Source: an uncultured Gammaproteobacteria bacterium
Lineage (GTDB): Bacteria; Patescibacteriota; Microgenomatia; Levybacterales; UBA12049
Length of the DNA stretch: 64,000 bases
Direction: 5' to 3'
Assembly: GCA_964503265.1 (NCBI GenBank)
Contig: CAZCYO010000002.1
Coordinates: 66,604-130,603 of the forward strand
This document shows positions 1 to 8,368 of the stretch, piece after piece. How positions within the stretch are numbered: position 1 is the first letter of the stretch; each line of letters begins with the position of its first letter. Below the pieces are notes generated by a model. The model was not told where the DNA came from. It ran no database searches and saw nothing but the letters and a program-made list of their open reading frames with translations. The translations under genes were made by a program, and so were the position numbers.

Positions 1-741
1 AATTATCATAAGGAGAAAAAATTCTTCAAATGGAAACGTATAATTAAATAACGTCACCCATCCGATAAAATTGTGCCCTGGAAATGTCCAGTGACCTAGC
101 TGTAGTGCTGTCAGTTCATTTGTTAATCCAAAAAAAAGAAAATAGGGAGCTGTTTTCATAAATTTTGAAAAAAGGGCTGGAAATTTTACTAAAAATGCGA
201 CCACAGGGAGAAGACACAGTACTATATTTATCCATAAATATGCATATGCTATAGATAAAGATTGTGGTGCCCATGCTAGTTTTAACAGAAAACAAATAAG
301 CACTGCCACGATAAAGTATGCAAGAAGTTTCAAATGTGGATTAACCGCAGCATGCTTTCCTTTATCAAAAAAATGGTCATAAAACATAACAATAAAATAC
401 ACCATAAAGAATGCCCAAATAATATCTTCGACCGGAACAGTACCAAACATTCGAAATGGAAAGATTGTCGGGACAAACCACGCATTATCCATGACAGCTA
501 AGTGATCAGCCATTGGTAAAGCGAGGAGTGAGAAAAATCCAGAAAAAATAAGTGCTCGAACAACAGCATGAGGTGTTCTTATCGATAAATAGATACCCGG
601 AATACCATAGAAAAATAAAATTGAGAGAAGAAAGTTCGCATGAAAGAGGAGTGAAAGCCCTGCTGCAAGGATAGGGAATAGAACTAATAATACAATATCT
701 AAAAGTACACGTTTCTTTTGAATACTTGTTTTCTTAGACAT
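1..741 (-). CDS. Polytopic membrane protein, 5'-partial in window (start ATG at 741, runs off window start); lycopene-cyclase-domain-like PxE(E/D) motif (TVPVEDIIWAFF)
   Basis: Open frame from ATG at 741 to position 1 without stop; multiple hydrophobic segments; not in ORF track because incomplete. Confidence 0.35.
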   Translation of the reverse strand, partial: MSKKTSIQKKRVLLDIVLLVLFPILAAGLSLLFHANFLLSILFFYGIPGIYLSIRTPHAVVRALIFSGFFSLLALPMADHLAVMDNAWFVPTIFPFRMFGTVPVEDIIWAFFMVYFIVMFYDHFFDKGKHAAVNPHLKLLAYFIVAVLICFLLKLAWAPQSLSIAYAYLWINIVLCLLPVVAFLVKFPALFSKFMKTAPYFLFFGLTNELTALQLGHWTFPGHNFIGWVTLFNYTFPFEEFFLLMII

Positions 742-789
742 ACTCTCATTATCAGAGTAAATCACGATAACTGTCAATTGTGATTCATA

Positions 790-1389
790 CTATGAGAATG
801 ATCCAGTTTTTATAGCTCCAGCGCGTGCAAATGAAGCAATGATCACACCAGATGGCGAAACAGTTGACTCTACGAGTGTAAACGCAGCAGGGATAGTGCC
901 TTCTGCAAATAATCTCTTTCCAGAACCAAGTGTTACAGGAAATATTTTAAGCCAGAATTCATCGACTAAATCATGCTTAAGCAACGTTTGAATTAAACTA
1001 GCACTTCCATGCACTTGAAGATCTGGTCCATCTTCATCTTTAATTTTTTTTATTTGTTCGACTACATCTTTACCTATAAATACAGATTTTTTCCAGTCAT
1101 GAGTAGTCAAGGTTGTAGAGACGACGTACTTTGTCGCCATATTTATCCCTGGACCTTCATCACTGTGTTGTGGCCAGTAAGAAGCAAAAATCTCAAATGT
1201 CTTTCTCCCAAGTAATAAATCAAATGGACTATCCATTTGCTTCGTCATAACTTCTCCCAAAAATTCATCAAAATAAGGAACTGTCCATCCACCGAGAGTA
1301 AAATCACCACTCGTGTCTTCTGTCGGACCTCCAGGACCCTGCATGACGCCATCAAATGACACAAAACTGAGTACAATTATCTTTCGCAT
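790..1389 (-). CDS. RibD C-terminal domain / dihydrofolate-reductase-like reductase
   Basis: 199 aa; N-terminal MRKIIVLSFVSFDGVM and overall layout typical of bacterial bifunctional deaminase-reductase C-terminal (DHFR-like) domain. Confidence 0.5.
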   Translation of the reverse strand: MRKIIVLSFVSFDGVMQGPGGPTEDTSGDFTLGGWTVPYFDEFLGEVMTKQMDSPFDLLLGRKTFEIFASYWPQHSDEGPGINMATKYVVSTTLTTHDWKKSVFIGKDVVEQIKKIKDEDGPDLQVHGSASLIQTLLKHDLVDEFWLKIFPVTLGSGKRLFAEGTIPAAFTLVESTVSPSGVIIASFARAGAIKTGSFS

Positions 1390-1452
1390 TAGCGATTATT
1401 ATAGCAAATTATTGTTCGGATCAAAGATTTTTGTAAGATACCATCCGTAGCT

Positions 1453-2100
1453 CTAAGGTTTAATAATATTCGAGGCTGAAATAACAATAAAGATACCTAC
1501 AGCATTTAAGATAAACGAAAGGATAATAAAGTGTGATGTTTTCATTTTTGCTATTCCCATCAAGCTTACTCCCAGTTCATCAGGAAGAGGCGATGCGATG
1601 ATAAGTGCGCCAAAGACAGGAAATGTCCAACTAAAATATTTTGTATGCATAACAGCTGTAACATGTTTTCCACCTAGATAATTATAGATTGGTGTAATTT
1701 CATCTAAAAGACTATCCTTTATAAACCGAAAGATTGTGAGATCTCCCACGACTGCTCCTATACCAGCAAGTATTCCTATCTCTACAGCCGAAAGCTTCTC
1801 TGCTAAAACTAACAGAATAATAGCTCCAGTAGCCACAGTAAACGTAGAGACAAAGAGGATCCCTGCAATGAACGCACCTAGGTAACCTAAATTGCCAAGC
1901 TGAAGAAGAAATTCGTGAAAAGGCTCATAACGAGAAAGAAGAAACGCAATAATAAGAGAAAGAAGAAAAAGAGAAAGGTTTTTATACCGAAATGATCTCC
2001 AACGTTTCACTTTTCCAGTATAACAGAAACAAAAACAGCCAACGTTTGGTCTAATTTTCTGTCGAGCACTGCTTGCTCTTAGTATCTTCGCTCGTTTCAC
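1453..2100 (-). CDS. Integral membrane protein (start probably internal to listed ORF)
   Basis: Several TM segments; listed N-terminus runs up to a terminator hairpin so true start is likely downstream. Confidence 0.4.
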   Translation of the reverse strand: MKRAKILRASSARQKIRPNVGCFCFCYTGKVKRWRSFRYKNLSLFLLSLIIAFLLSRYEPFHEFLLQLGNLGYLGAFIAGILFVSTFTVATGAIILLVLAEKLSAVEIGILAGIGAVVGDLTIFRFIKDSLLDEITPIYNYLGGKHVTAVMHTKYFSWTFPVFGALIIASPLPDELGVSLMGIAKMKTSHFIILSFILNAVGIFIVISASNIIKP

Positions 2101-2147
2101 TCACTTCGACCTGGAACCGCTATCGCGACCATGCTCGCGCTTTCATA

Positions 2148-2178
2148 AAAAAGGACCCTTTAAAGGGTCCTTTTTTAT
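2148..2178. terminator. Bidirectional intrinsic terminator hairpin (AAAAAGGACCCTTTAAAGGGTCCTTTTTT)
   Basis: Perfect palindrome flanked by A-run and T-run, immediately 3' of tRNA-Gln on minus strand. Confidence 0.5.
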
Positions 2179-2181
2179 GAG

Positions 2182-2252
2182 CTGTCGAGCCTGGATTCGA
2201 ACCAGAATAGACGCCTCCAAAGGGCGCCGTCCTACCGTTAGACGACTCGACA
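2182..2252 (-). tRNA. tRNA-Gln (anticodon UUG)
   Basis: Cloverleaf read by hand: acceptor TGTCGAG/CTCGACA (U1:A72, G73), T-loop GGTTCGAATCC, anticodon stem GCGCC/GGCGU loop CUUUGGA. Confidence 0.75.
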
Positions 2253-2511
2253 AGAGTAAATTTTGCTTGTATGTATAAAAAATCGTTCTCAGAACATCTA
2301 AGAACGAATCATATTTCGCATCTGTAATGATACCAAATTACTACTGTGGCTTCAAGGAAAAGAGTTTAGCTATATTTCAAGCTTATCGTCCTTACGAATT
2401 TTATAGATCTGGAAAGAGAAAATCCACCTCACGATAATGCAAAACAAGACATACCCTCTCTTATCAATTTGAGTACAATTAGCGAAAGCGAAAAAACTTC
2501 CCCTTTTCTAT

Positions 2512-2883
2512 TTATTCTTCGTCTAAAAAATACATTTCGGCATCTTTTTTATCTTTCTCCATTTGCGTAATGAGAGCTTCCTGAGAATCGAACTTTTGAT
2601 TATCACGAAGTTTTTTAAGGAGACTTACTGAAATTTCTTTTTCATAAATGTCTTGATCGAAGTTAAGAATATACGTTTCTGATTGATACACATGTTCATT
2701 AAATGTTTTCGCGTTTCCGATAAATGTCAGTGAAGGATATGTTTTAAGCAGTATAGATGTCTCTGAAATATAAATTCCTTCTGGGATATGGATTGAAAGA
2801 GGGACATTAGCAGTGGGGAAATTAAGTAGTCTGCCACGTTTATTTCCATGTGTCACGATACCAGTAAATGTTTGCATATTCAA
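2512..2883 (-). CDS. Riboflavin kinase (stand-alone RibF C-terminal-type domain)
   Basis: GIVTHGNKRGRLLNFPTAN matches flavokinase G-x-V-x-x-G-x-x-x-G-R-x-L-G-F-P-T-A-N signature. Confidence 0.7.
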   Translation of the reverse strand: MNMQTFTGIVTHGNKRGRLLNFPTANVPLSIHIPEGIYISETSILLKTYPSLTFIGNAKTFNEHVYQSETYILNFDQDIYEKEISVSLLKKLRDNQKFDSQEALITQMEKDKKDAEMYFLDEE

Positions 2884-2885
2884 AA

Positions 2886-3485
2886 TTATTTTTTCGCTTT
2901 ACTCACTTTTTTAGTCGTCGCTGTGACAGGCAGAACGAGCAGTTGCTTCATGAAAAGATAACAGATTGTACTCATGATAGAAAAGAAAAGACATAATATG
3001 AGTAATTGAGATGACGTGATAATGTGTACTGAAGAGTTAATAACGAATGTTGGGTTAAATACTAAATCCCAGGAATTAACACGTTCGACTCTGCCTAAAA
3101 CGAGTGCGAATCCGACGATAACATTACATAAAAACAATAATCCAAGTCGAAAGGTACGTTTTTGTTTGATGTTATGGGGGAAAAGTACTTCTAGTGGGCG
3201 AAATGCGAAGAAATAGGTAACTAATCCTAAAGCGACCAGTATTACATACATAAACACCACCACAATTCGTTCTATAGAAGATGCTTCGATAAGATCAGAT
3301 GGCAAATGAATCAGATCAAGAAGAAGATAAATTGTATTTGGCAAAAAAGCTATCCAGAGACTCCCAGCAAGTAGTTTAAGAAATGGATTTTTTACAGTGC
3401 GAAAAAAATAGACGAAGAGAACAGGAAGAACCGCCAGAAAGATATTAAATGACATCCAAGATAAGTTTTCTAGAATAAGCGGCAT
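2886..3485 (-). CDS. Integral membrane protein, function unknown
   Basis: 199 aa, 5-6 hydrophobic helices. Confidence 0.4.
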   Translation of the reverse strand: MPLILENLSWMSFNIFLAVLPVLFVYFFRTVKNPFLKLLAGSLWIAFLPNTIYLLLDLIHLPSDLIEASSIERIVVVFMYVILVALGLVTYFFAFRPLEVLFPHNIKQKRTFRLGLLFLCNVIVGFALVLGRVERVNSWDLVFNPTFVINSSVHIITSSQLLILCLFFSIMSTICYLFMKQLLVLPVTATTKKVSKAKK

Positions 3486-3568
3486 AATTTTAGTATAACA
3501 GCTATTACTTATCTAACAGAATGTGTGAAAGTAGCAGCTGAGGATAGATAAAAAACGTGTGTGACGAG

Positions 3569-3640
3569 AGCGGGCGATGGGAATCGGACCCACTACCTTC
3601 TCCTTGGCAAGGAGACGTTCTACCGATGAACTACGCCCGC
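3569..3640 (-). tRNA. tRNA-Gly (anticodon GCC)
   Basis: GCGGGCG acceptor, anticodon stem UCUCC/GGAGA loop UUGCCAA, T-loop GGGTCCGATTCCC, discriminator U. Confidence 0.85.
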
Positions 3641-3714
3641 ATAGTTGTATTATACCAAATTCACCTAGATTTACCATATTTACATTTATTTGAGATTTAC
3701 GTACTGTAAATATA

Positions 3715-4431
3715 GTGAAGAAATCAGTTCTCAAAAAACACCGTACTCGTAAAATACTGACCTACTTTTTCATATTTAGTGCATTCTTTTTATTCGCCTA
3801 TTCAGTAACCACACTCTATCCCTATACGAAGATTCTACCTTGTGCTAATTCTATTAGTTGTATTACTAATCTTTCAGGAAAACCAGAAAAAGCTGATACG
3901 GGAATATTCATGAATAAAATCGTTACCGTTCCTCAGATAACTGACCCTCCACAACTCCCTCGAGTTCTTGGGGAGTCTACACCAGATAACAAACATATTT
4001 ATGTTGATCTCACAAATCAGCGACTTCTCGCCTATGATGGGGAGAATCTTGTCTATACATTTCTTGTTTCAACAGGAAAATGGGGAAAGACTCCTACAGG
4101 AGATTTTCGTATATGGATCAAGCTTCAAGCAACAAGAATGACAGGGGGAAATAAGTCTCTAGGGACATACTATAATTTGCCCAATGTCCCGTATACGATG
4201 TTCTTTTATAACGATGAAGTGACAAAAAGCGCAGGATACAGCCTTCATGGGGCATACTGGCATGATAACTTCGGTCACCCGATGAGTCATGGCTGTGTGA
4301 ATTTACGCCCAGAAGATGCACACACACTCTATGATTGGGCTAGTCCACCCACCACTGGCTGGACGACATATCCGACAGAAACGAATCCAGGAACTCTTGT
4401 AACCATATATGGGGAATCTCCGTTAGAGTAA
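3715..4431 (+). CDS. L,D-transpeptidase (YkuD domain), GTG start
   Basis: Catalytic motif HGAYWHDNFGHPMSHGCVNL (H...SHGC) plus N-terminal TM anchor. Confidence 0.75.
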   Translation: MKKSVLKKHRTRKILTYFFIFSAFFLFAYSVTTLYPYTKILPCANSISCITNLSGKPEKADTGIFMNKIVTVPQITDPPQLPRVLGESTPDNKHIYVDLTNQRLLAYDGENLVYTFLVSTGKWGKTPTGDFRIWIKLQATRMTGGNKSLGTYYNLPNVPYTMFFYNDEVTKSAGYSLHGAYWHDNFGHPMSHGCVNLRPEDAHTLYDWASPPTTGWTTYPTETNPGTLVTIYGESPLE

Positions 4432-5091
4432 TCCAGCTGCCTGCATTTTTCGTGCACAGCCTGGAAATTGAGTAAAGATACTTGATCGCGATAGAAGCCT
4501 TTGAACAGCATCTTTTTGTACTTCAAGAGGTGCTAAATCTGCGCGCTCATAGCCAGTGTTCATACTATTCCACGTTCCAATACTAAATTGAAAAGCGCCA
4601 TAATACCCATTTCCACTATTTCTATTCGCTGTCATCCCTGCTTCACAAGTACCTAAGTAGGTAATTTGCGCGTCTGTAAGTGGTCCACCAGCATAGGAAC
4701 TAGTTGCAGAAACAGAAACAGGCGATGGAGTAGGGGCTACATACGTCAGAGCAGCATAAAGTTCGCTCTGCTTTTCATCTAATGTTTCTGCTTGTTTTGG
4801 TGTTTGAAGACGAAGCGTTATGATTTCACCTGGGGTAATTGTAGATGGGTTAACAAGAGATGGGTTATCGTTCCAGAGGGTCGTCCAGTAATTTTCATCA
4901 CCATAATACGACTTCGCGATGGTAAAAAGCGTATCTTCAGGTTTTACAACCCAAATAAGCTTCTGTACACTAGGCACTGAAGTTGTTTGAAATTGAGCAG
5001 AGGGCGTGACCGGGACAGATGCTTGGGACGCTGTTAACAGGGCAAATGTTAATGCTCCAGGAACAATTGCCTGAATCATAAAAAAAACCAA
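4423..5091 (-). CDS. Secreted LysM-domain protein with C-terminal Rpf-like transglycosylase domain
   Basis: LysM: VVKPEDTLFTIAKSYYGDENYWTTLWNDNPSLVNPSTITPGEIITL; C-terminus CEAGMTANRNSGNGYYGAFQFSIGTWNS resembles the resuscitation-promoting-factor lytic transglycosylase fold. Confidence 0.6.
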   Translation of the reverse strand: MVFFMIQAIVPGALTFALLTASQASVPVTPSAQFQTTSVPSVQKLIWVVKPEDTLFTIAKSYYGDENYWTTLWNDNPSLVNPSTITPGEIITLRLQTPKQAETLDEKQSELYAALTYVAPTPSPVSVSATSSYAGGPLTDAQITYLGTCEAGMTANRNSGNGYYGAFQFSIGTWNSMNTGYERADLAPLEVQKDAVQRLLSRSSIFTQFPGCARKMQAAGLL

Positions 5092-5208
5092 CTACTCGGA
5101 AGTAGTTGGAACTGATATAAAGTATATCAAAAATAGATTGGTTTGTCAAACCAAATCACAAATAACGTGCGTAATTTGCTTAATTTTCTGATATACTTAC
5201 AGCTACTC

Positions 5209-5290
5209 GCCGAAGTGGTGGAATGCCGCGGTCCTCTGAGCAATATTCGCTCGGAGGGGTAGACACCCGGAGGCAAAGCGACGGAACTAG
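5209..5290 (+). pseudogene. tRNA-Leu 5' fragment (acceptor + D-arm) with 32-nt hairpin insertion; no anticodon/T arm
   Basis: First 17 nt GCCGAAGTGGTGGAATG identical to tRNA-Leu(CAG) 112 nt downstream, then CCTCTGAGC-AATATTC-GCTCGGAGG 9-bp hairpin, then GGTAGACAC (rest of D-loop) and no tRNA continuation. Confidence 0.4.
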
Positions 5291-5320
5291 TACGATAGTA
5301 TAATAACCAAGAAAGTATAA

Positions 5321-5406
5321 GCCGAAGTGGTGGAATGGTAGACACGCAGTGTTCAGAACGCTGTATCCGCAAGGGTGTGGAGGTTCGAATCCTCTTTTCG
5401 GCACCA
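5321..5406 (+). tRNA. tRNA-Leu (anticodon CAG), CCA encoded
   Basis: Long variable arm, anticodon stem CAGUG/CGCUG loop UUCAGAA, T-loop GGTTCGAATCC, 3' ...TTTCGGCACCA. Confidence 0.85.
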
Positions 5407-5483
5407 AAATAGTTTATGGCAAATAGCGTATAGCTTATAGATAGATATACTCATGACTATTTGTTATAATAATGATTCAAAAT

Positions 5484-5566
5484 GCGGACGTGGTGAAATG
5501 GTATACACGCTACCTTGAGGTGGTAGTGCTCGCAAGGGTGTGGAGGTTCAACTCCTCTCGTCCGCA
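5484..5566 (+). tRNA. tRNA-Leu (anticodon GAG)
   Basis: Anticodon stem CUACC/GGUAG loop UUGAGGU, long variable arm, T-loop GGTTCAACTCC; preceded by TGtTATAAT extended -10. Confidence 0.85.
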
Positions 5567-5585
5567 CAATAAGTAGTCATAATAT

Positions 5586-5659
5586 GGACGATTAGCTCAG
5601 CTGGCTAGAGCGGCTCGTTTACACCGAGTAGGTCGGGGGTTCGAATCCCTCATCGTCCA
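5586..5659 (+). tRNA. tRNA-Val (anticodon UAC)
   Basis: GGACGAT acceptor, anticodon loop UUUACAC, T-loop GGGGGTTCGAATCCC. Confidence 0.85.
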
Positions 5660-5665
5660 CTAAAT

Positions 5666-5738
5666 GCCGAGATAGCCAAGGTGGTCAAGGCACCTGTCTG
5701 AAGAACAGGCCATGTCAGTTCGACTCTGACTCTCGGCA
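5666..5738 (+). tRNA. tRNA-Phe (anticodon GAA)
   Basis: Anticodon stem CCUGU/ACAGG loop CUGAAGA, T-loop GTCAGTTCGACTCTGAC. Confidence 0.85.
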
Positions 5739-5852
5739 CATCGTCGAACCAATTCGAACCCTTTCCAGTGCCTTCGGTCTGACTTTCGGCACACTTCACC
5801 TCATTTTTACCTAAAATTTACTTGACTTTACCCCTAAATTTTGACACCATGA

Positions 5853-6443
5853 ATGATACTAATGAGAAGATTCTTTCTGCTTACTACGTTCTTTTCGATT
5901 ATTCCAGTCGTTTTTCTTTTCTCAATCGTTTTCTTACTCTTTTTATCCTATAAAACCTCTGAGCGTGACGATACGAATAACTTCCTCACTTCTCAGCGAA
6001 GCGTTAATTACGCTGCGCTTCCGACCAACGAAAATTCATTTAGTACGTCTATCGTACAAGAAGATGGTCGAATCGAGTTGATAAAAAAATTTCTTGATCG
6101 GTATCATTCACCACTTTACCCATATGCAGCCTCAATAGTAAGAGATGCTGATACATATGGTCTGGACTACCGTCTTATTCCAGCGATAGCCATGCAGGAA
6201 TCAAATTTATGTAAAAAAATGCCTATAGATTCAAATAACTGTTGGGGATTTGGTATTTATGGAGGAAAAATCCTGTATTTTGATACATTTGAGAAGGGAA
6301 TTACGACAGTAACGAAAGCATTAGCTACTAAATATAAAGCTCGAGGTCTTGAAACACCTGATGAAATCATGAAAATGTATACTCCTGGTAGTAATGGGAG
6401 CTGGGCAAATGGTGTGAATTACTTCCTCGACGAGATCCAATAA
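5853..6443 (+). CDS. Secreted/membrane-anchored putative peptidoglycan hydrolase (GH73-glucosaminidase- or SLT-like), paralog 1
   Basis: N-terminal TM; conserved AIAMQESNLCK...NNCWGFGIYGG...TPGSNGSWANGVNYF block shared with ORF 6701-7261. Confidence 0.4.
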   Translation: MILMRRFFLLTTFFSIIPVVFLFSIVFLLFLSYKTSERDDTNNFLTSQRSVNYAALPTNENSFSTSIVQEDGRIELIKKFLDRYHSPLYPYAASIVRDADTYGLDYRLIPAIAMQESNLCKKMPIDSNNCWGFGIYGGKILYFDTFEKGITTVTKALATKYKARGLETPDEIMKMYTPGSNGSWANGVNYFLDEIQ

Positions 6444-6528
6444 CATATTTTCTTACATTTCTCCCAAATGCAACTCATTTTAGGCACGAAATCATTATTC
6501 CTTCCCGCTGTTTAATACCCCATAATAC

Positions 6529-6557
6529 TTGACAAACCTATAGTTATATGATATAGT
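6529..6557 (+). promoter_or_regulatory. Sigma70-type promoter TTGACA-17-TATAGT
   Basis: Exact -35 TTGACA (6529-6534), 17-nt spacer, -10 TATAGT (6552-6557). Confidence 0.5.
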
Positions 6558-6563
6558 ACTGAC

Positions 6564-6645
6564 ATCCGGATTGGAGAGTTATTCCAACACTTTCGAGTCC
6601 GGCTCAAAGTATCCTAATTGGCATTAGTTCAATTAGGATTTTTTG
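6564..6645 (+). ncRNA. Candidate small RNA / cis-regulatory leader (about 82 nt) ending in intrinsic terminator
   Basis: Predicted TSS about 6564; nested stems CCGGA[UUGGA-GAGUUAU-UCCAA]...UCCGG; terminator AUCCUAAUUG-loop-CAAUUAGGAU + U6 at 6611-6645; 55 nt before ORF 6701. Confidence 0.35.
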
Positions 6646-6700
6646 TTAAATAGTGTTCGAACAAATAGTTAGTTCAAAACTAGCTATTTAGAAAGACATT

Positions 6701-7261
6701 ATGAGATATATTATTACATCGCTAATACTTGTAATTATTACAATGGTACTAGCTTTCCCTACAAAAGCGCAGGCTGAGGTTAAAACTCCATCAGCTACGT
6801 TTGGATATCTTGCTTCAAATACTCGAGTAACGAGTGTAAAAGAGCGACGTATCAAAATTCTCCAAAAATACCTTGAAGATCATGACTCATCTATGAGTAC
6901 GTCAGCACGAACATTCGTGGAAACGGCTGAAGCAAACGATCTTGACTGGAGATTCGTCGCATCTATTTCAGGTGTGGAATCATATTTTGGTAAACATATT
7001 CCTTACAACTCATATAATGGATGGGGTTGGGGAGTCTATGGAACGAATGTAATCCGGTTCTCGTCATGGGATGAAGCTATTACGACTATTTCTCAAACAC
7101 TTAAAACGCGCTATATAGATCGTGGTGCAACAGATGTACCATCTATTGGACGTATGTATGCAGCTGACCCTAATTGGTCAAGTAAAGTACAGCACTTTAT
7201 GACTGATATCGCGAAATACGAAAGTACCTTCACGGACACAAAGCTTTCCATTTCTATCTAA
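6701..7261 (+). CDS. Secreted putative peptidoglycan hydrolase, paralog 2
   Basis: Signal peptide ...PTKAQAEV; ASISGVESYFGK...NGWGWGVYGT...ADPNWSSKVQHF paralogous to 5853-6443. Confidence 0.4.
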   Translation: MRYIITSLILVIITMVLAFPTKAQAEVKTPSATFGYLASNTRVTSVKERRIKILQKYLEDHDSSMSTSARTFVETAEANDLDWRFVASISGVESYFGKHIPYNSYNGWGWGVYGTNVIRFSSWDEAITTISQTLKTRYIDRGATDVPSIGRMYAADPNWSSKVQHFMTDIAKYESTFTDTKLSISI

Positions 7262-7285
7262 GTCGATTATAATAATCACGTTCAT

Positions 7286-7366
7286 GCGGATGTGGTGAAA
7301 TGGTATACACGCAAGTTTTAGGAACTTGTGCCGTAAGGCATGGAGGTTCAAGTCCTCTCATCCGCA
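7286..7366 (+). tRNA. tRNA-Leu (anticodon UAG)
   Basis: Anticodon stem CAAGU/ACUUG loop UUUAGGA, long variable arm, T-loop GGTTCAAGTCC; TATAAT 12 nt upstream. Confidence 0.85.
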
Positions 7367-7500
7367 CAGTTAGTTAGGAGTGACTGATCATTCTTTTTTG
7401 TCCAATCACAAATAACCAATCACTAATAACTAGATGTCTTGAAGAGGATTGGCTAAATTGATAGAATTAGGGTATAATCCCAGTCACGGATTACAAAACT

Positions 7501-8349
7501 ATGAATAAAGCAGCGAAAACACCATCCTCAACGATACAAAGAGAAACAGACGGAACTATTACGCTTTCAATCAGTATTCCAAAAGAACAAATCGCTAAAG
7601 TTCGTGAAGAAGTTATCGATCAGACTGTAGCCACTGCTGATCTTCCAGGTTTTCGAAAAGGAAAAGCTCCTCGAAAAATCGTTGAAGAAAGTATTAGTGT
7701 TGAAAAGCTCAATGAAGAAATATTAAAAAAACTTCTTCCTGATTCATATATCGCCACAGTTCAAGAAAACAACCTCAAGCCAATTATCAATCCAAAAATT
7801 CATGTAAATTCAGTAGTTCCTGGAGAAGATTGGACCTATACAGCACTTACATGTGAAGTGCCAGACATCGAACTTGGAAACTATAAAGAAGCTATCGGAA
7901 AAATCACAGCGAAAAGTAAAATTGCGATTCCTGGAAAAGAAAAAATAGAACCAAATTTTGACGATATTATGAAAGCCCTCACAGACACGGTTAAAGTTCA
8001 GGTTCCAAGTATTTTAGTTGAACAGGAAGTAGATAGACTTCTTTCTCAAATGTTAGGAGAAATCAAAACACTCGGACTGACACTTGATCAATACCTCGCT
8101 TCAACGAAGAAAACTCCCGACGATTTAAGAAAAGATTATGGGACTAAAGCTGAGAATGATATAAAGATCGAATTTACTCTTCAAAAAATTGCAGACACTG
8201 AAAAGATTTCAGTCGAAGAAAAAGAAATTGAAGAGGCAATCACGAAAGCGACTTCAGTCGAAGAACGAAATCATCTGCAATCAAACCGCTATTTATTAAC
8301 AAGTATTATAAGACAGCAGAAGACGCTTGATTTCCTAAAGACTCTATGA
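7501..8349 (+). CDS. tig: Trigger factor (short form lacking PPIase domain)
   Basis: Ribosome-binding signature GFRKGKAP near N-terminus; 282 aa. Confidence 0.8.
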   Translation: MNKAAKTPSSTIQRETDGTITLSISIPKEQIAKVREEVIDQTVATADLPGFRKGKAPRKIVEESISVEKLNEEILKKLLPDSYIATVQENNLKPIINPKIHVNSVVPGEDWTYTALTCEVPDIELGNYKEAIGKITAKSKIAIPGKEKIEPNFDDIMKALTDTVKVQVPSILVEQEVDRLLSQMLGEIKTLGLTLDQYLASTKKTPDDLRKDYGTKAENDIKIEFTLQKIADTEKISVEEKEIEEAITKATSVEERNHLQSNRYLLTSIIRQQKTLDFLKTL

Positions 8350-8368
8350 TACATTCCAAACTAAGATT

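Noticed and set aside
3513-3734. 73-aa ORF on minus strand
   Set aside because: Overlaps tRNA-Gly(GCC) at 3569-3640 almost entirely, so it is a spurious frame.
5209-5290. Intron-containing or permuted functional tRNA-Leu
   Set aside because: After the inserted hairpin and the rest of the D-arm there is no anticodon stem, variable arm or T-arm; the sequence runs into an AT-rich promoter-like region. It is treated as a pseudogene fragment.
5127-5407. Two overlapping minus-strand ORFs (81 and 75 aa)
   Set aside because: They lie antisense across the tRNA-Leu fragment and tRNA-Leu(CAG). They are tRNA sequence, not coding.
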